A DNA stretch of 64,000 nt from an uncultured Bacteroidia bacterium (GTDB taxonomy: Bacteria; Bacteroidota; Bacteroidia; Bacteroidales; UBA932): positions 6,110 to 70,109 of the forward strand of contig CADCHE010000015.1 of the NCBI GenBank assembly GCA_902801205.1. The letters are read 5' to 3'. Shown here piece after piece: positions 27,871-36,884 of the stretch (position 1 is its first letter; every line of letters starts with the position of its first letter). A program made the translations under genes and the position numbers. The notes beneath the pieces are model-generated. The model saw nothing but the letters and a program-made list of their open reading frames with translations, was not told the DNA's origin and searched no databases.

Positions 27871-29483
27871 TCGACGTCGCTCCGGAATATGACGTCATCA
27901 TCATCGGCGGCGGCATCACCGGTGCCGGCACGGCCCGGGACTGCGCCATGCGCGGCCTCCGGACGCTGCTGATCGAGCGCGGCGACATCGCCACGGGTGC
28001 GACGGGCCGGAACCACGGCCTGCTGCACAGTGGTGCCCGTTACGCCGTCACCGACCGTGAATCCGCTGCGGAATGCATCAAGGAGAACCTGATTCTCAAG
28101 AAGATCGCGCGCCATTGTGTGGACGACACCTCCGGTTTCTTCCTTACCCTTCCGGACGATGACCTGGACTACCAGAAAACGTTCGTGAAGGCCTGCCAGA
28201 ACGCCGGCATCAAGGCGGAGGTCATCGATCCCGAGGAAGCCCGCAGGGCCGAGCCCTCGGTGAATCCCGCCATCATCGGCGCCGTGCGCGTTCCCGACGG
28301 CTCCGTCGATCCGTTCCGGCTCTGTTCCTCGAACATCGTGGATGCGAAACTGCACGGGGCGCATGTGCGCACCTATACGGAAGTCATCCGCCTGCAGGTC
28401 CGCCAGGACACCGTGGAGGGCGTCGAGGCCGTCGATCTGCGAAGCGGAGAGAAGCTTTCCTTCCGGGGCCGGGTCATCGTCAACGCCTGTGGCATCTGGG
28501 GTCATCACATCGCTTCGCTGGCCGGCGTAAATGTGGGCATGTTCCCAGCCAAAGGGGCCCTGCTCGTCTTCGCGCACCGTGTGAACAACATCGTTCTGAA
28601 CCGCTGCCGGAAGCCGGCCAATGCAGATATCCTCGTGCCCGGCGATACGGTCTGTGTCATCGGAACGACATCCGACCGTGTCCGTTACGAAGAGTGCGAC
28701 CACCTGAGCGTCACGCCTGAAGAAGTCGACCTGCTGCTCGGAGAGGGGATGAAACTCGCCCCTGTCCTTGCGCAGACGCGCGTCCTGCGCGCCTATGCCG
28801 GTGTCCGCCCGCTGGTGTCCGCCGACAACGATCCGTCCGGCCGGAACATCAGCCGCGGCATCGTCTGTATCGACCACGAGAAGCGGGACGGCCTCAAGGG
28901 ATTCGTCACCATTACAGGCGGAAAACTGATGACCTACCGCCTGATGGCGGAGCAGGCTACCGACATGGTCTGCCGCAAGCTGCACCGCGACATCGCCTGC
29001 CAGACCGCCACTACGCCCCTTCCGGGATCCGAAAAGGGCGGTATCGAGAAGGTGCTGAAGAAAGTATGGCCCACGCCTACGCTTACGCAGAAAGCTTTGC
29101 TGGGGCGTGCAGGGGCTCTTGCCGGTTCGCTTCCGCAAGAAGAGGAAGCCGGCGGCAGTGACCTGGTCTGCGAGTGCGAACAGGTGTCCGTCTCAGAGGT
29201 GGACGCTGCCTTGAAGCACCTCGATGTCCATACGCTGACGGACCTCCGCCGGAGGACCCGCGTCGGCATGGGGACCTGCCAGGGCGAACTCTGCTCCTGC
29301 CGTGCCGCCGCCCGCTTGGCCCGCAAGGCGTCGGATCCCGCCCTGGCCCGCACGCAGGCCCGCGCATTCATCGAAGAACGCTGGCGGGGCATCGTTCCCG
29401 TGGCGTGGGGGGAGACGCTCCGTGAAGCATCTTTCACGGAGTGGGTATATGCAGAAGTACTGGGATTGGACGACACGTTATGA
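27867..29483 (+). CDS. glpA: Anaerobic glycerol-3-phosphate dehydrogenase subunit A
   Basis: GGGITG, GATGRNHGLLHSGARY, ITGGKLMTYRLMAE, C-terminal BFD-like CECE...TRVGMGTCQGELC. Confidence 0.96.
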   Translation: MIDVAPEYDVIIIGGGITGAGTARDCAMRGLRTLLIERGDIATGATGRNHGLLHSGARYAVTDRESAAECIKENLILKKIARHCVDDTSGFFLTLPDDDLDYQKTFVKACQNAGIKAEVIDPEEARRAEPSVNPAIIGAVRVPDGSVDPFRLCSSNIVDAKLHGAHVRTYTEVIRLQVRQDTVEGVEAVDLRSGEKLSFRGRVIVNACGIWGHHIASLAGVNVGMFPAKGALLVFAHRVNNIVLNRCRKPANADILVPGDTVCVIGTTSDRVRYEECDHLSVTPEEVDLLLGEGMKLAPVLAQTRVLRAYAGVRPLVSADNDPSGRNISRGIVCIDHEKRDGLKGFVTITGGKLMTYRLMAEQATDMVCRKLHRDIACQTATTPLPGSEKGGIEKVLKKVWPTPTLTQKALLGRAGALAGSLPQEEEAGGSDLVCECEQVSVSEVDAALKHLDVHTLTDLRRRTRVGMGTCQGELCSCRAAARLARKASDPALARTQARAFIEERWRGIVPVAWGETLREASFTEWVYAEVLGLDDTL

Positions 29484-30748
29484 GATTCGATACGGTATTG
29501 ATTGGCGGAGGGCTTTCGTCCCTGGTCTGCGGCATCCTGCTGCAGCGGGAGGGGAAGAAGTGCCTGATGATTTCCGCCGGGCAGAATGCCCTTCATTTCT
29601 CCTCCGGAGCGTTCGGGCTCCTCGGCTGCATGCCGGACGGAACGCCGGTCGATGCGCCGTTCGAGGCCTTTTCTGCGCTGGCTCCGTCGCATCCCTATCG
29701 CAAAATCGGCCGGACACTTTGTGAATCGTATGCGGATGCCGCCGTTCCGTTCTTTGCTTCCTGCGGCATTCCGCTGCAGGGTTTCGGACGCAGGAACGGA
29801 TTCCGGCTGACGGCGTCCGGATCATTCAAGCGGGCCTGGCTTGCCTTCCAGGACGTTCCTTTCTTCTCCAGCGACGATGCTTTGGACGGGAAACGCGCCC
29901 TGATCGTGACATTGGACGGTTTTCTCGACTTCTATCCGGAAATGCTTTCGGACGGCCTGCGCCGGCGCGGCGTGGAGAGCCGCTGTGTCTCCGTGCACCT
30001 GTCATGCCTGGACGCGCTTCGCGGCGGCCCCGGCGAAATGCGTTCCGTCGGCATCGCCAGGATCCTGAACCGGGAGACCAACTGGAAGCAGTTCGGCCGG
30101 GAAGTCCGCGCCCTGCTCGACGGGGAAGACCTCGTCATCGTGCCGGAAGTATTCGGCCTGGAAGACCGGATCGTCAACGAGTGGATTGCGGAAATGATTC
30201 CCGCTCAAGTACTTTATGTCGGCACCATGCCGCCATCCGTCTCCGGTATCCGCGTGCAGCGTCTCCTGAAGAATGCCTTCATCCAGGCGGGCGGTACGTT
30301 CCTCATGGGGGACACCGCCTGTGATCCGGAATGGGCACCGGACGGCACGGTCCGCTGTATCCACACGGCGAACTTGGGGGCGCCGGGCATAGAAGCGGAT
30401 TCGTTTGTCTATGCAGGCGGCCATCTTTTTGGAAGGGGCATCGAATCGCATCCGGATGGTTTTTCGGATCCGGTCTTCGGACTCGACGTCGTCTGCGACG
30501 CGGACCGCGCTTCGTGGGTCGAACGCGGGTTCTTCCAGGCGCAGCCTTACATGGGCTACGGCATCGGAACGGACGAGCGCTTCCGCGGCCTGAAGGACGG
30601 ACGTACCGTGGAGAACCTGTATGTGGCCGGTGCGCAGCTTGCGGGATGCAATTCCCTACAGGAGGGGAGTGGCGCCGGAGTTGCCGTCATGTCGGCGATG
30701 CACATCGCTGCGGACATTCTAAAACGGACTGAAAATGTCGGAGAATAG
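29480..30748 (+). CDS. glpB: Anaerobic glycerol-3-phosphate dehydrogenase subunit B
   Basis: MRFDTVLIGGGLS, GQNALHFSSG, PPSVSGIR, EGSGAGVA. Start moved to 29480. Confidence 0.95.
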   Translation: MRFDTVLIGGGLSSLVCGILLQREGKKCLMISAGQNALHFSSGAFGLLGCMPDGTPVDAPFEAFSALAPSHPYRKIGRTLCESYADAAVPFFASCGIPLQGFGRRNGFRLTASGSFKRAWLAFQDVPFFSSDDALDGKRALIVTLDGFLDFYPEMLSDGLRRRGVESRCVSVHLSCLDALRGGPGEMRSVGIARILNRETNWKQFGREVRALLDGEDLVIVPEVFGLEDRIVNEWIAEMIPAQVLYVGTMPPSVSGIRVQRLLKNAFIQAGGTFLMGDTACDPEWAPDGTVRCIHTANLGAPGIEADSFVYAGGHLFGRGIESHPDGFSDPVFGLDVVCDADRASWVERGFFQAQPYMGYGIGTDERFRGLKDGRTVENLYVAGAQLAGCNSLQEGSGAGVAVMSAMHIAADILKRTENVGE

Positions 30749-31979
30749 CATCAATCATTTCGAGCAGTGCATCAAGTGCACGGTCTGTACGGCTTATTGT
30801 CCGGTCCTCGGGGTGAATCCGGCTTTCCCGGGTCCCAAACAGGCCGGCCCCGACGGAGAGCGGCTCCGCCTGAAAGACAAGTTCTACTACGATCCCAGCC
30901 TGAAGTATTGCCTGAATTGCAAGCGCTGCGAAGTGTCCTGCCCGTCCGGCGTCAAGATTGCGGACATCATCCAGAGTGCGCGCCGCCGTTTCAACGACGA
31001 TACCCCCGATCTCCGTGACCGTGTGCTGGCAAACACCGATTTCATGGGAAAGATGGCCCGTCCGTTTGCCCCCCTTGTCAACAAGGTGGTTTCTTTGCGG
31101 CCGGTCAAGAAGGTGATGGACGTGATGATGGATATCGAACAGGAACGGACGTTCCCGAAATACCGTTCCAAAGGGTTTGATGCGATCTTCCGCAGCGACT
31201 TCGCTCCTTACCAGAACCGTTTCCCGCGCCATGTCGCATTCTTCCGCGGCTGTTCGACGGAGTTCCAGCATCCGGAGACGGGAATCGCTTTTGTGCGGCT
31301 GATGAACGCCGTGGGCATCGGTGTGCGGCTGCTCGACGAGAAATGCTGCGGCGTGGCGCTGATGGCCAACGGCCTGTGGCATCATGCGGAGAAGAATGCC
31401 CGGCATAACGTGAAGGTCTTCTCGGAGGCTGTGGCCGGGGGACTGCCCGTGGTCGCCGTGTCTTCCACGTGCGCCTTTACGATGCGGGACGAGTATCCCG
31501 GTGTCCTGGAGGTGGATAACGCATCGGTGCGGGAGTCGATCACCCTGGCGGAGAAATTCCTTTTCGAGCAGGTCGACAGCGGTCGGGTGAAACTGGTCTT
31601 CCGCAAGGATTACGCCTCGCGCATTGCATACCACATTCCGTGTCACATGGAGAAGCTGGGCTGGAGTATCTTTACGAAAGAGCTGCTTCAGATGGCTCCG
31701 AGTATCTCATTGAAAGTCTTGGACTCCAATTGCTGTGGAATGGCTGGAACATATGGCTTCAAGAAGGAGAATTATCCGTATTCCCAGGCCATCGGACGCC
31801 CGCTTTTCGAACAGATCAAGTCGCTTTCTCCAGACGTGGTCTGCTGCGAGTGCGAGACGTGCAAGTGGCAGATCGAGGCGTCAACGGGTTACACGGTGTT
31901 GAATCCGGTGGTCATCCTGGCGGAGGCGCTGGATATCGAGGCGACGTGTGCGGCGAACGGCGGGTTCGTCAAGGCATAA
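30735..31979 (+). CDS. glpC: Anaerobic glycerol-3-phosphate dehydrogenase subunit C
   Basis: Two ferredoxin motifs CIKCTVCTAYCP and CLNCKRCEVSCP, CCG domains, CETCKWQI. Confidence 0.96.
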   Translation: MSENSINHFEQCIKCTVCTAYCPVLGVNPAFPGPKQAGPDGERLRLKDKFYYDPSLKYCLNCKRCEVSCPSGVKIADIIQSARRRFNDDTPDLRDRVLANTDFMGKMARPFAPLVNKVVSLRPVKKVMDVMMDIEQERTFPKYRSKGFDAIFRSDFAPYQNRFPRHVAFFRGCSTEFQHPETGIAFVRLMNAVGIGVRLLDEKCCGVALMANGLWHHAEKNARHNVKVFSEAVAGGLPVVAVSSTCAFTMRDEYPGVLEVDNASVRESITLAEKFLFEQVDSGRVKLVFRKDYASRIAYHIPCHMEKLGWSIFTKELLQMAPSISLKVLDSNCCGMAGTYGFKKENYPYSQAIGRPLFEQIKSLSPDVVCCECETCKWQIEASTGYTVLNPVVILAEALDIEATCAANGGFVKA

Positions 31980-31987
31980 TAAAAAAA

Positions 31988-32305
31988 GGTGGGGCCGTAA
32001 GCCGGTTTCTGTTTTTGAATCTGTCATTTATCTTCGCAACCTACCCCCCGGCATCGGACGGGCCGTCCTCATTTGCCGGTATATTTGGTCTTGCAGGCCC
32101 CGGCACCGTACCCGCAGCGGGTCGCCCCGTTACGTCGTGAGCTCTTGCCTCACGTTTTCACCCTTACCCGGTTTCCCGGGCGGTTGTTTTCTGTTACGGT
32201 GCGATAAGATTGCTCCCATCTGGGATTTCCCCAGCGGGGTGCCCTATCCTGTCCGGACTTTCCTCACCCCGGCTTCGCAGCCGTGGCGCGACAGATCGCC
32301 CCACC
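31988..32305 (-). ncRNA. rnpB: RNase P RNA, bacterial type A (318 nt)
   Basis: Minus strand has GAGGAAAGUCCGG and ACAGAAACCGGCUUAC (P4), P1 GGUGGGG/CCCCACC, P2 AUCUGUCG/UGACAGAU, AACAGAAA in J11/12, then a T-tract. Confidence 0.97.
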
Positions 32306-32420
32306 TAATTTTATCAGGGGCTACCGCCCCCGAACCCCTCGCGGCCTTTCCGGCTCCACGACTTTGCCTTGCAGCAAAGTCCCGCCCCGGCCGGTCCGCT
32401 GATGCGGACGGGGGGAGAAT
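32306..32420. repeat. Structured GC-rich element between rnpB and its likely promoter (putative REP-like)
   Basis: Hairpins AGGGG/CCCCT, GACTTTGC/GCAAAGTC and GTCCGC/GCGGAC; single copy in the window. Confidence 0.35.
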
Positions 32421-32426
32421 GGGCTG

Positions 32427-32434
32427 CAAAAGTA
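32427..32434 (-). promoter_or_regulatory. -7 promoter element TACTTTTG, probably for rnpB
   Basis: Only clean minus-strand TAnnTTTG noticed upstream of rnpB. Confidence 0.55.
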
Positions 32435-32455
32435 GGAAAAAAAACAAAAAATTCC

Positions 32456-32463
32456 TACCTTTG
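32456..32463 (+). promoter_or_regulatory. -7 promoter element TACCTTTG for the glutaminyl cyclase
   Basis: TAnnTTTG 22 nt before the ATG at 32486. Confidence 0.6.
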
Positions 32464-32485
32464 CGGCCGTATTCAGAAGCGTACG

Positions 32486-33292
32486 ATGAAAAGGAAGTCG
32501 CCATACCTCTTTGGAAAGGCCGGAGCCCTGCGGCCCCTTGCCGCCTTCCTGCTCCTGCTCTCCCTGCTTCTGCCTGTATCCTGCGCCCAGGGAAAAGTCC
32601 GGAACTACCGCCTTCAGGTCGTCAAAGACTACCCGCACGACGAGCAGTCCTACACGCAGGGCCTTTTCTTCCATGAAGGAGGGATGTATGAAACGACGGG
32701 GCAGTATGGTGAGTCCTCCCTCCGGAAGGTCGACCTTGCCACCGGCAAAGCCTTGAAGCGCTTCGATTTCGACGCGAAATATTTCGTGGAAGGTTCCGTC
32801 GTCCTGGACGGGAACCTGTATATCCTTACGTGGAAGAACAAGGTTGCTTTCGTCTACGATGCGGCCACGTTGGCCTACAAGTCGACGGCCCGCTATCCGC
32901 GCGAAGGATGGGGCTTGACGACGGACGGAAAGTCCCTGATTGCCTCGGACGGCTCCTCCCGCCTGTATTTCATGGACGGGTCGTTCCAGGTGAAAAAGAC
33001 CGTGACGGTAACGATGAATGGCCGCAACGTGAACATGCTCAATGAGTTGGAGTGGATCGACGGGAAGGTCTGGGCCAATGTCTACCTGACGGACATGATC
33101 GTCATCATCAACCCTTCATCGGGCGCCGTGGAAGCGACGGTCGACTGCACCGGCTTGCTGCCCGCCCGTTTGCGGGATGCCCGGACGGATGTGCTGAACG
33201 GCATCGCTTTCGACCCTGTCTCGAAAAAGATTTACTTGACGGGAAAATATTGGAAAAAACTGTACGAAGTCGAACTGGTGGAAAAGAAATAG
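32486..33292 (+). CDS. Glutaminyl-peptide cyclotransferase (plant/bacterial beta-propeller type), lipoprotein
   Basis: PHDEQSYTQGL, ETTGQYGES, FVEG, EGWGLT, SDGSSRL, LNELEW, DVLNGIA; lipobox PVSC. Start moved to 32486. Confidence 0.93.
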   Translation: MKRKSPYLFGKAGALRPLAAFLLLLSLLLPVSCAQGKVRNYRLQVVKDYPHDEQSYTQGLFFHEGGMYETTGQYGESSLRKVDLATGKALKRFDFDAKYFVEGSVVLDGNLYILTWKNKVAFVYDAATLAYKSTARYPREGWGLTTDGKSLIASDGSSRLYFMDGSFQVKKTVTVTMNGRNVNMLNELEWIDGKVWANVYLTDMIVIINPSSGAVEATVDCTGLLPARLRDARTDVLNGIAFDPVSKKIYLTGKYWKKLYEVELVEKK

Positions 33293-33307
33293 AGAAAACA
33301 GAAAATA

Positions 33308-33384
33308 ATTGCGGGGGTACCGGTTTTCCGGTTGAGATCATACCCAATGAACCTGATGCGGGTCATGCCGCCGTAGGGAAGCAT
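33308..33384 (+). promoter_or_regulatory. TPP riboswitch
   Basis: GGGGGUACCGG-UUUU-CCGGUUGAGAUCAUACCC...GAACCUGAUGCGGGUCAUGCCGCCGUAGGGAAG matches the UGAGA, ACCUGAU and GUAGGGAA core of the TPP aptamer. Confidence 0.9.
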
Positions 33385-33446
33385 TCCATCTCATCGTGCC
33401 TGTCAAAGGCCCCCCTTGCATTAATATCAATTCAAAATTCGTTATT

Positions 33447-35777
33447 ATGCGAGGTTTTATTTTATCTGCGGCGTTCCTGCCGCTTCTGATGGCCCCGGCT
33501 GCCTGGACGGCAGCTGCGCCGGCCGCAAAACAAGATTCGGAGAAGAAAGAGAAACTGGACAGTGTCATCGTGTCCACCTCCCGTGCCGACGCGTCTTCTC
33601 CGGTTACGTACACGATGGTCTCCGGCCGGCAACTGCGGGACGCCAATCCGATCCAGTCCCTGCCCATGAACCTGAACCTGCAGCCTTCTGTGGTGACGTA
33701 CAATGAAGGCGGGACCGGCCTGGGCAATTCCGCGATGACCGTCCGTGGCGTAAAAGGTTCGCAGATCAATGTCACGCTCAACGGCATCACGCTCAACGAT
33801 GCCGAATCACAGGAAGTGTTCTGGGTGAACATTCCGGCGCTGACCGGCCTGCTTTCGTCGGTGCAGCTTCAGCGCGGACTGGGTACCTCCGCGAGCGGAG
33901 CGGGGGCCTTCGGAGCAAGCGTGAACATGAGCACCGCCTCCGTAGGCGTGTCGCCTTCCGCCGCCGTAGAGTACACGACGGGCTCCTGGAATACAAATAT
34001 GGCTTCCGTCGCGGCATCTACCGGCCTGACGAAGTCGGGCTTCTATGCGCAGTTCGCCTGGTCGCGTGCGCGGACGGACGGATACATCCGGAATGCCGGT
34101 GTGCGTGCCCAGTCCGGTTTCGCAGTCCTGGGATGGATGCGCGGTGCGAATTCATTCCGCCTGACCTATCTGGTCGGCGACCAGCACAGCGGCATCACAT
34201 GGGACGGCATCGACCCGGCCGTCTATGAAACCGACCGCCGTTTCAATGCTGCCGGGCAGTACACGGACGACGGTGGCGCCATCCGGTACTATGACAACCA
34301 GACGGACAACTACCGCCAGCATCACCTCCAGTTGAACTACACCCGCCAGGTCACGGACGACCTTGTCTGGACGACGACGGCGGACTACACGCGCGGAGAC
34401 GGATACGACGAGTACTACAAGACGGGCCGGAAGTTCGCGGAATTCGGTTTCCCTTCTCCGATGCGGGGTGCCGACGGACAGGATTACAAGAAATCCGACC
34501 TGATCTACCGCAAGGCGCTGGACAACGACCTTTATGTCCTCAAGTCCGACATGCGTTACCGCCACGGTGGGCTGGACCTGACGGGCGGCATCTATTTCTC
34601 CGAGTACCTGGGCAACCACTGGGGCGAGATCCTTTGGGCGCGTGTCCTGGAACCGGCCCCTGTCGTCGGGGAGATGGACTGGAAGTCCACGATCGCCGGT
34701 GCGCGCTTTGATTACGAGGCCCTGAACGCAGCCGACGCGTGGTACCGGTATGGCGGTACGAAATGGGACCTGAGTTCTTACCTGCGCGCGGAATACGCTC
34801 TTTCGCCGCGCTGGATGCTCTATGCCGACCTGCAACTGCGGAATGTGGACTATATACTGGCGGGTCGTGACGACAAAGCCAGCACCATCCCGATGGATTA
34901 TCACAAGATGTGGACTTTCTTCAATCCGCGTGCGGGGGTTACCTTCCTTCCTGCCGCCGGACACAAGTTCTATGCTTCCGCCGCCGTCGGTCACCGTGAA
35001 CCGGGCCGCGGCGACATCAAGGAGAACATCAAGGGGGAGCAGATCCCGATCAAGCCGGAATCGATGCTCGACTTCGAGGCTGGATACGCCTGGACGGGCC
35101 GTACGTTGTCTGCTTCTGCGAATCTTTACTTGATGGAGTACAAAGACATGCTGCTCGAAACGGGCCGGCTGAATTCCTCCGGATACGCCATCAAGGAAAA
35201 CATCGGACGTGCCTGGCGCCGCGGTATCGAGCTTGCGGGAGCCTGGAAGCCTTCCGATTACTTCCGTCTGGATGCGAACGCGACGCTCAGTACCAACCGG
35301 ATCAAGCATTTCACCGCCTCCTTGGAGAACTGGGTAGACGGCGGTTACCGGCTGGAGGAATATGACCGGGTGAACATGCTGTTGTCTCCTTCGCTGACCG
35401 GCATGGTTGCTTTGAACGTCAAACCCTTCGCGGAAAAACGCGGCTCCCTGCGCACGACGACGCTCTCGCTGGACGGCAAGTATGTGGGGAAGCAGTACTG
35501 GGACAACACGGAAAATGCCGACCGCTGCATCCCGGCCTTCTTCGTCAGCAACCTTTCCCTTTCGCACGCTTTCGACCTGCGTCACGGGCAGCTGGGCCTG
35601 ACGTTCTACGTGAATAATCTGCTGAACGCGAAGTATTACGCCAGTGCCTGGGTCTACCGTGCCTGGCAGGGTGCCGTCGCCGAAGACGGGAGCGCCCGGG
35701 ATCCGTATTACCTCGAAGCCGGTGTCTTCCCGCAGGCGACGCGGAACTGGATGCTGAAAGTCAGCTGGCGCTTCTAG
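33447..35777 (+). CDS. TonB-dependent receptor, probable thiamine importer (OMthi-like)
   Basis: Signal peptide, plug GITLNDAESQEVFWVN, VQLQRGLGTS.SGAGAFG, C-terminal KVSWRF; directly downstream of the TPP riboswitch. Start moved to 33447. Confidence 0.88.
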   Translation: MRGFILSAAFLPLLMAPAAWTAAAPAAKQDSEKKEKLDSVIVSTSRADASSPVTYTMVSGRQLRDANPIQSLPMNLNLQPSVVTYNEGGTGLGNSAMTVRGVKGSQINVTLNGITLNDAESQEVFWVNIPALTGLLSSVQLQRGLGTSASGAGAFGASVNMSTASVGVSPSAAVEYTTGSWNTNMASVAASTGLTKSGFYAQFAWSRARTDGYIRNAGVRAQSGFAVLGWMRGANSFRLTYLVGDQHSGITWDGIDPAVYETDRRFNAAGQYTDDGGAIRYYDNQTDNYRQHHLQLNYTRQVTDDLVWTTTADYTRGDGYDEYYKTGRKFAEFGFPSPMRGADGQDYKKSDLIYRKALDNDLYVLKSDMRYRHGGLDLTGGIYFSEYLGNHWGEILWARVLEPAPVVGEMDWKSTIAGARFDYEALNAADAWYRYGGTKWDLSSYLRAEYALSPRWMLYADLQLRNVDYILAGRDDKASTIPMDYHKMWTFFNPRAGVTFLPAAGHKFYASAAVGHREPGRGDIKENIKGEQIPIKPESMLDFEAGYAWTGRTLSASANLYLMEYKDMLLETGRLNSSGYAIKENIGRAWRRGIELAGAWKPSDYFRLDANATLSTNRIKHFTASLENWVDGGYRLEEYDRVNMLLSPSLTGMVALNVKPFAEKRGSLRTTTLSLDGKYVGKQYWDNTENADRCIPAFFVSNLSLSHAFDLRHGQLGLTFYVNNLLNAKYYASAWVYRAWQGAVAEDGSARDPYYLEAGVFPQATRNWMLKVSWRF

Positions 35778-36883
35778 CGCGTACGGTCCAGCTGGTCGAG
35801 GGCGAAATCGTACGCACCGATAGAAATCGCCTTCGATGCACCGATTTTGGAGATCGTCACGCCGATCCTTTTCTGTGGATCGTACGTGACGGTCTTTTCT
35901 GTTCCGTGGATACGGATTTCCCGCGCCTCGCCGCGTGCGAACGCCGCGAATTCTGCCGGGTCGTCCAGGTTGTAGACCTGCATCTGCAACTTGCCGATCA
36001 CGTCGCCGGACAGGGTCCGTACGGTGCCGCGCATGGCCTTCAGCAGGGAAGGGAGGATGTATTTGGCGGAGGCCGTGATGCCGCCGCCGATGACGACAAG
36101 CCCGTCGACGAGCTGTGCGGCCAGGGCCATGGCCTCGCCGGCGACCGTCCCCATCTCCTCGAACGAGGCGCGTGCTGCGTCCGCGTTTCCGGGCCGTTTC
36201 CCTTCGGCGATGTCGAAGATGTCCTTCGGGGTCAAATCCGGATCGTCGATGCCGGACCGTTCGGCGTAGACGCGCTTGACGGCCCGCACGGCGACGCCGT
36301 CTTCCACGATGATGCCGGGCTTGAGGCTATGGGGCAGGCAGAAGGTTTCCACGCAGGAATTGTCGCCCCGGTTGAGCTTGCCGTCGATGACGCAGCCGAT
36401 CCCGAATCCGGTGCCGAACGTGTATCCGATCAGGTTGCGGTACTGCTTGGCGCTGCCTGTTTCCGACAGCCGGCGGTTGATTTCCGGCAGCACGCCGCCC
36501 AGGGCCTCGCCGTAGGCATACAAGTCGCCGTCATTGTTGATGAAGACAGGAACTCCGAATGTTTCGGCCAGGAAGGGACCGAGTGCGACGCCGTCGCGGA
36601 AGGAAGGGAAGTTCGGCAGGTAACCGCCGATGATCCCGTTGGGATAGTCCGCCGGTCCTGGAAAGGCGAAACTGATCGCGGAAGGGGCTCCGCCGGCCCT
36701 TTCGGCCGCGGAGCGGAATCCGCGGACCATCGTGTCCAGGCATAGGTCCAGGTCATCCGCCCGGGAGGGGAGCGTCAAGGGTTCGCCGATGTATTCTTCG
36801 CCGCACATGGCGCCGAAAACCATGTTCGTTCCGCCTGCATCGAGCGTCAGGACGGTCCGGGTGTCTTTTGCGTATCTTCCCAT
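35774..36883 (-). CDS. ROK-family sugar kinase
   Basis: TLDAGGTN, FAFPGP, FINNDGD, TFGTGFG; lacks the CxCGxxGC zinc motif. Confidence 0.88.
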   Translation of the reverse strand: MGRYAKDTRTVLTLDAGGTNMVFGAMCGEEYIGEPLTLPSRADDLDLCLDTMVRGFRSAAERAGGAPSAISFAFPGPADYPNGIIGGYLPNFPSFRDGVALGPFLAETFGVPVFINNDGDLYAYGEALGGVLPEINRRLSETGSAKQYRNLIGYTFGTGFGIGCVIDGKLNRGDNSCVETFCLPHSLKPGIIVEDGVAVRAVKRVYAERSGIDDPDLTPKDIFDIAEGKRPGNADAARASFEEMGTVAGEAMALAAQLVDGLVVIGGGITASAKYILPSLLKAMRGTVRTLSGDVIGKLQMQVYNLDDPAEFAAFARGEAREIRIHGTEKTVTYDPQKRIGVTISKIGASKAISIGAYDFALDQLDRTR

Positions 36884-36884
36884 C

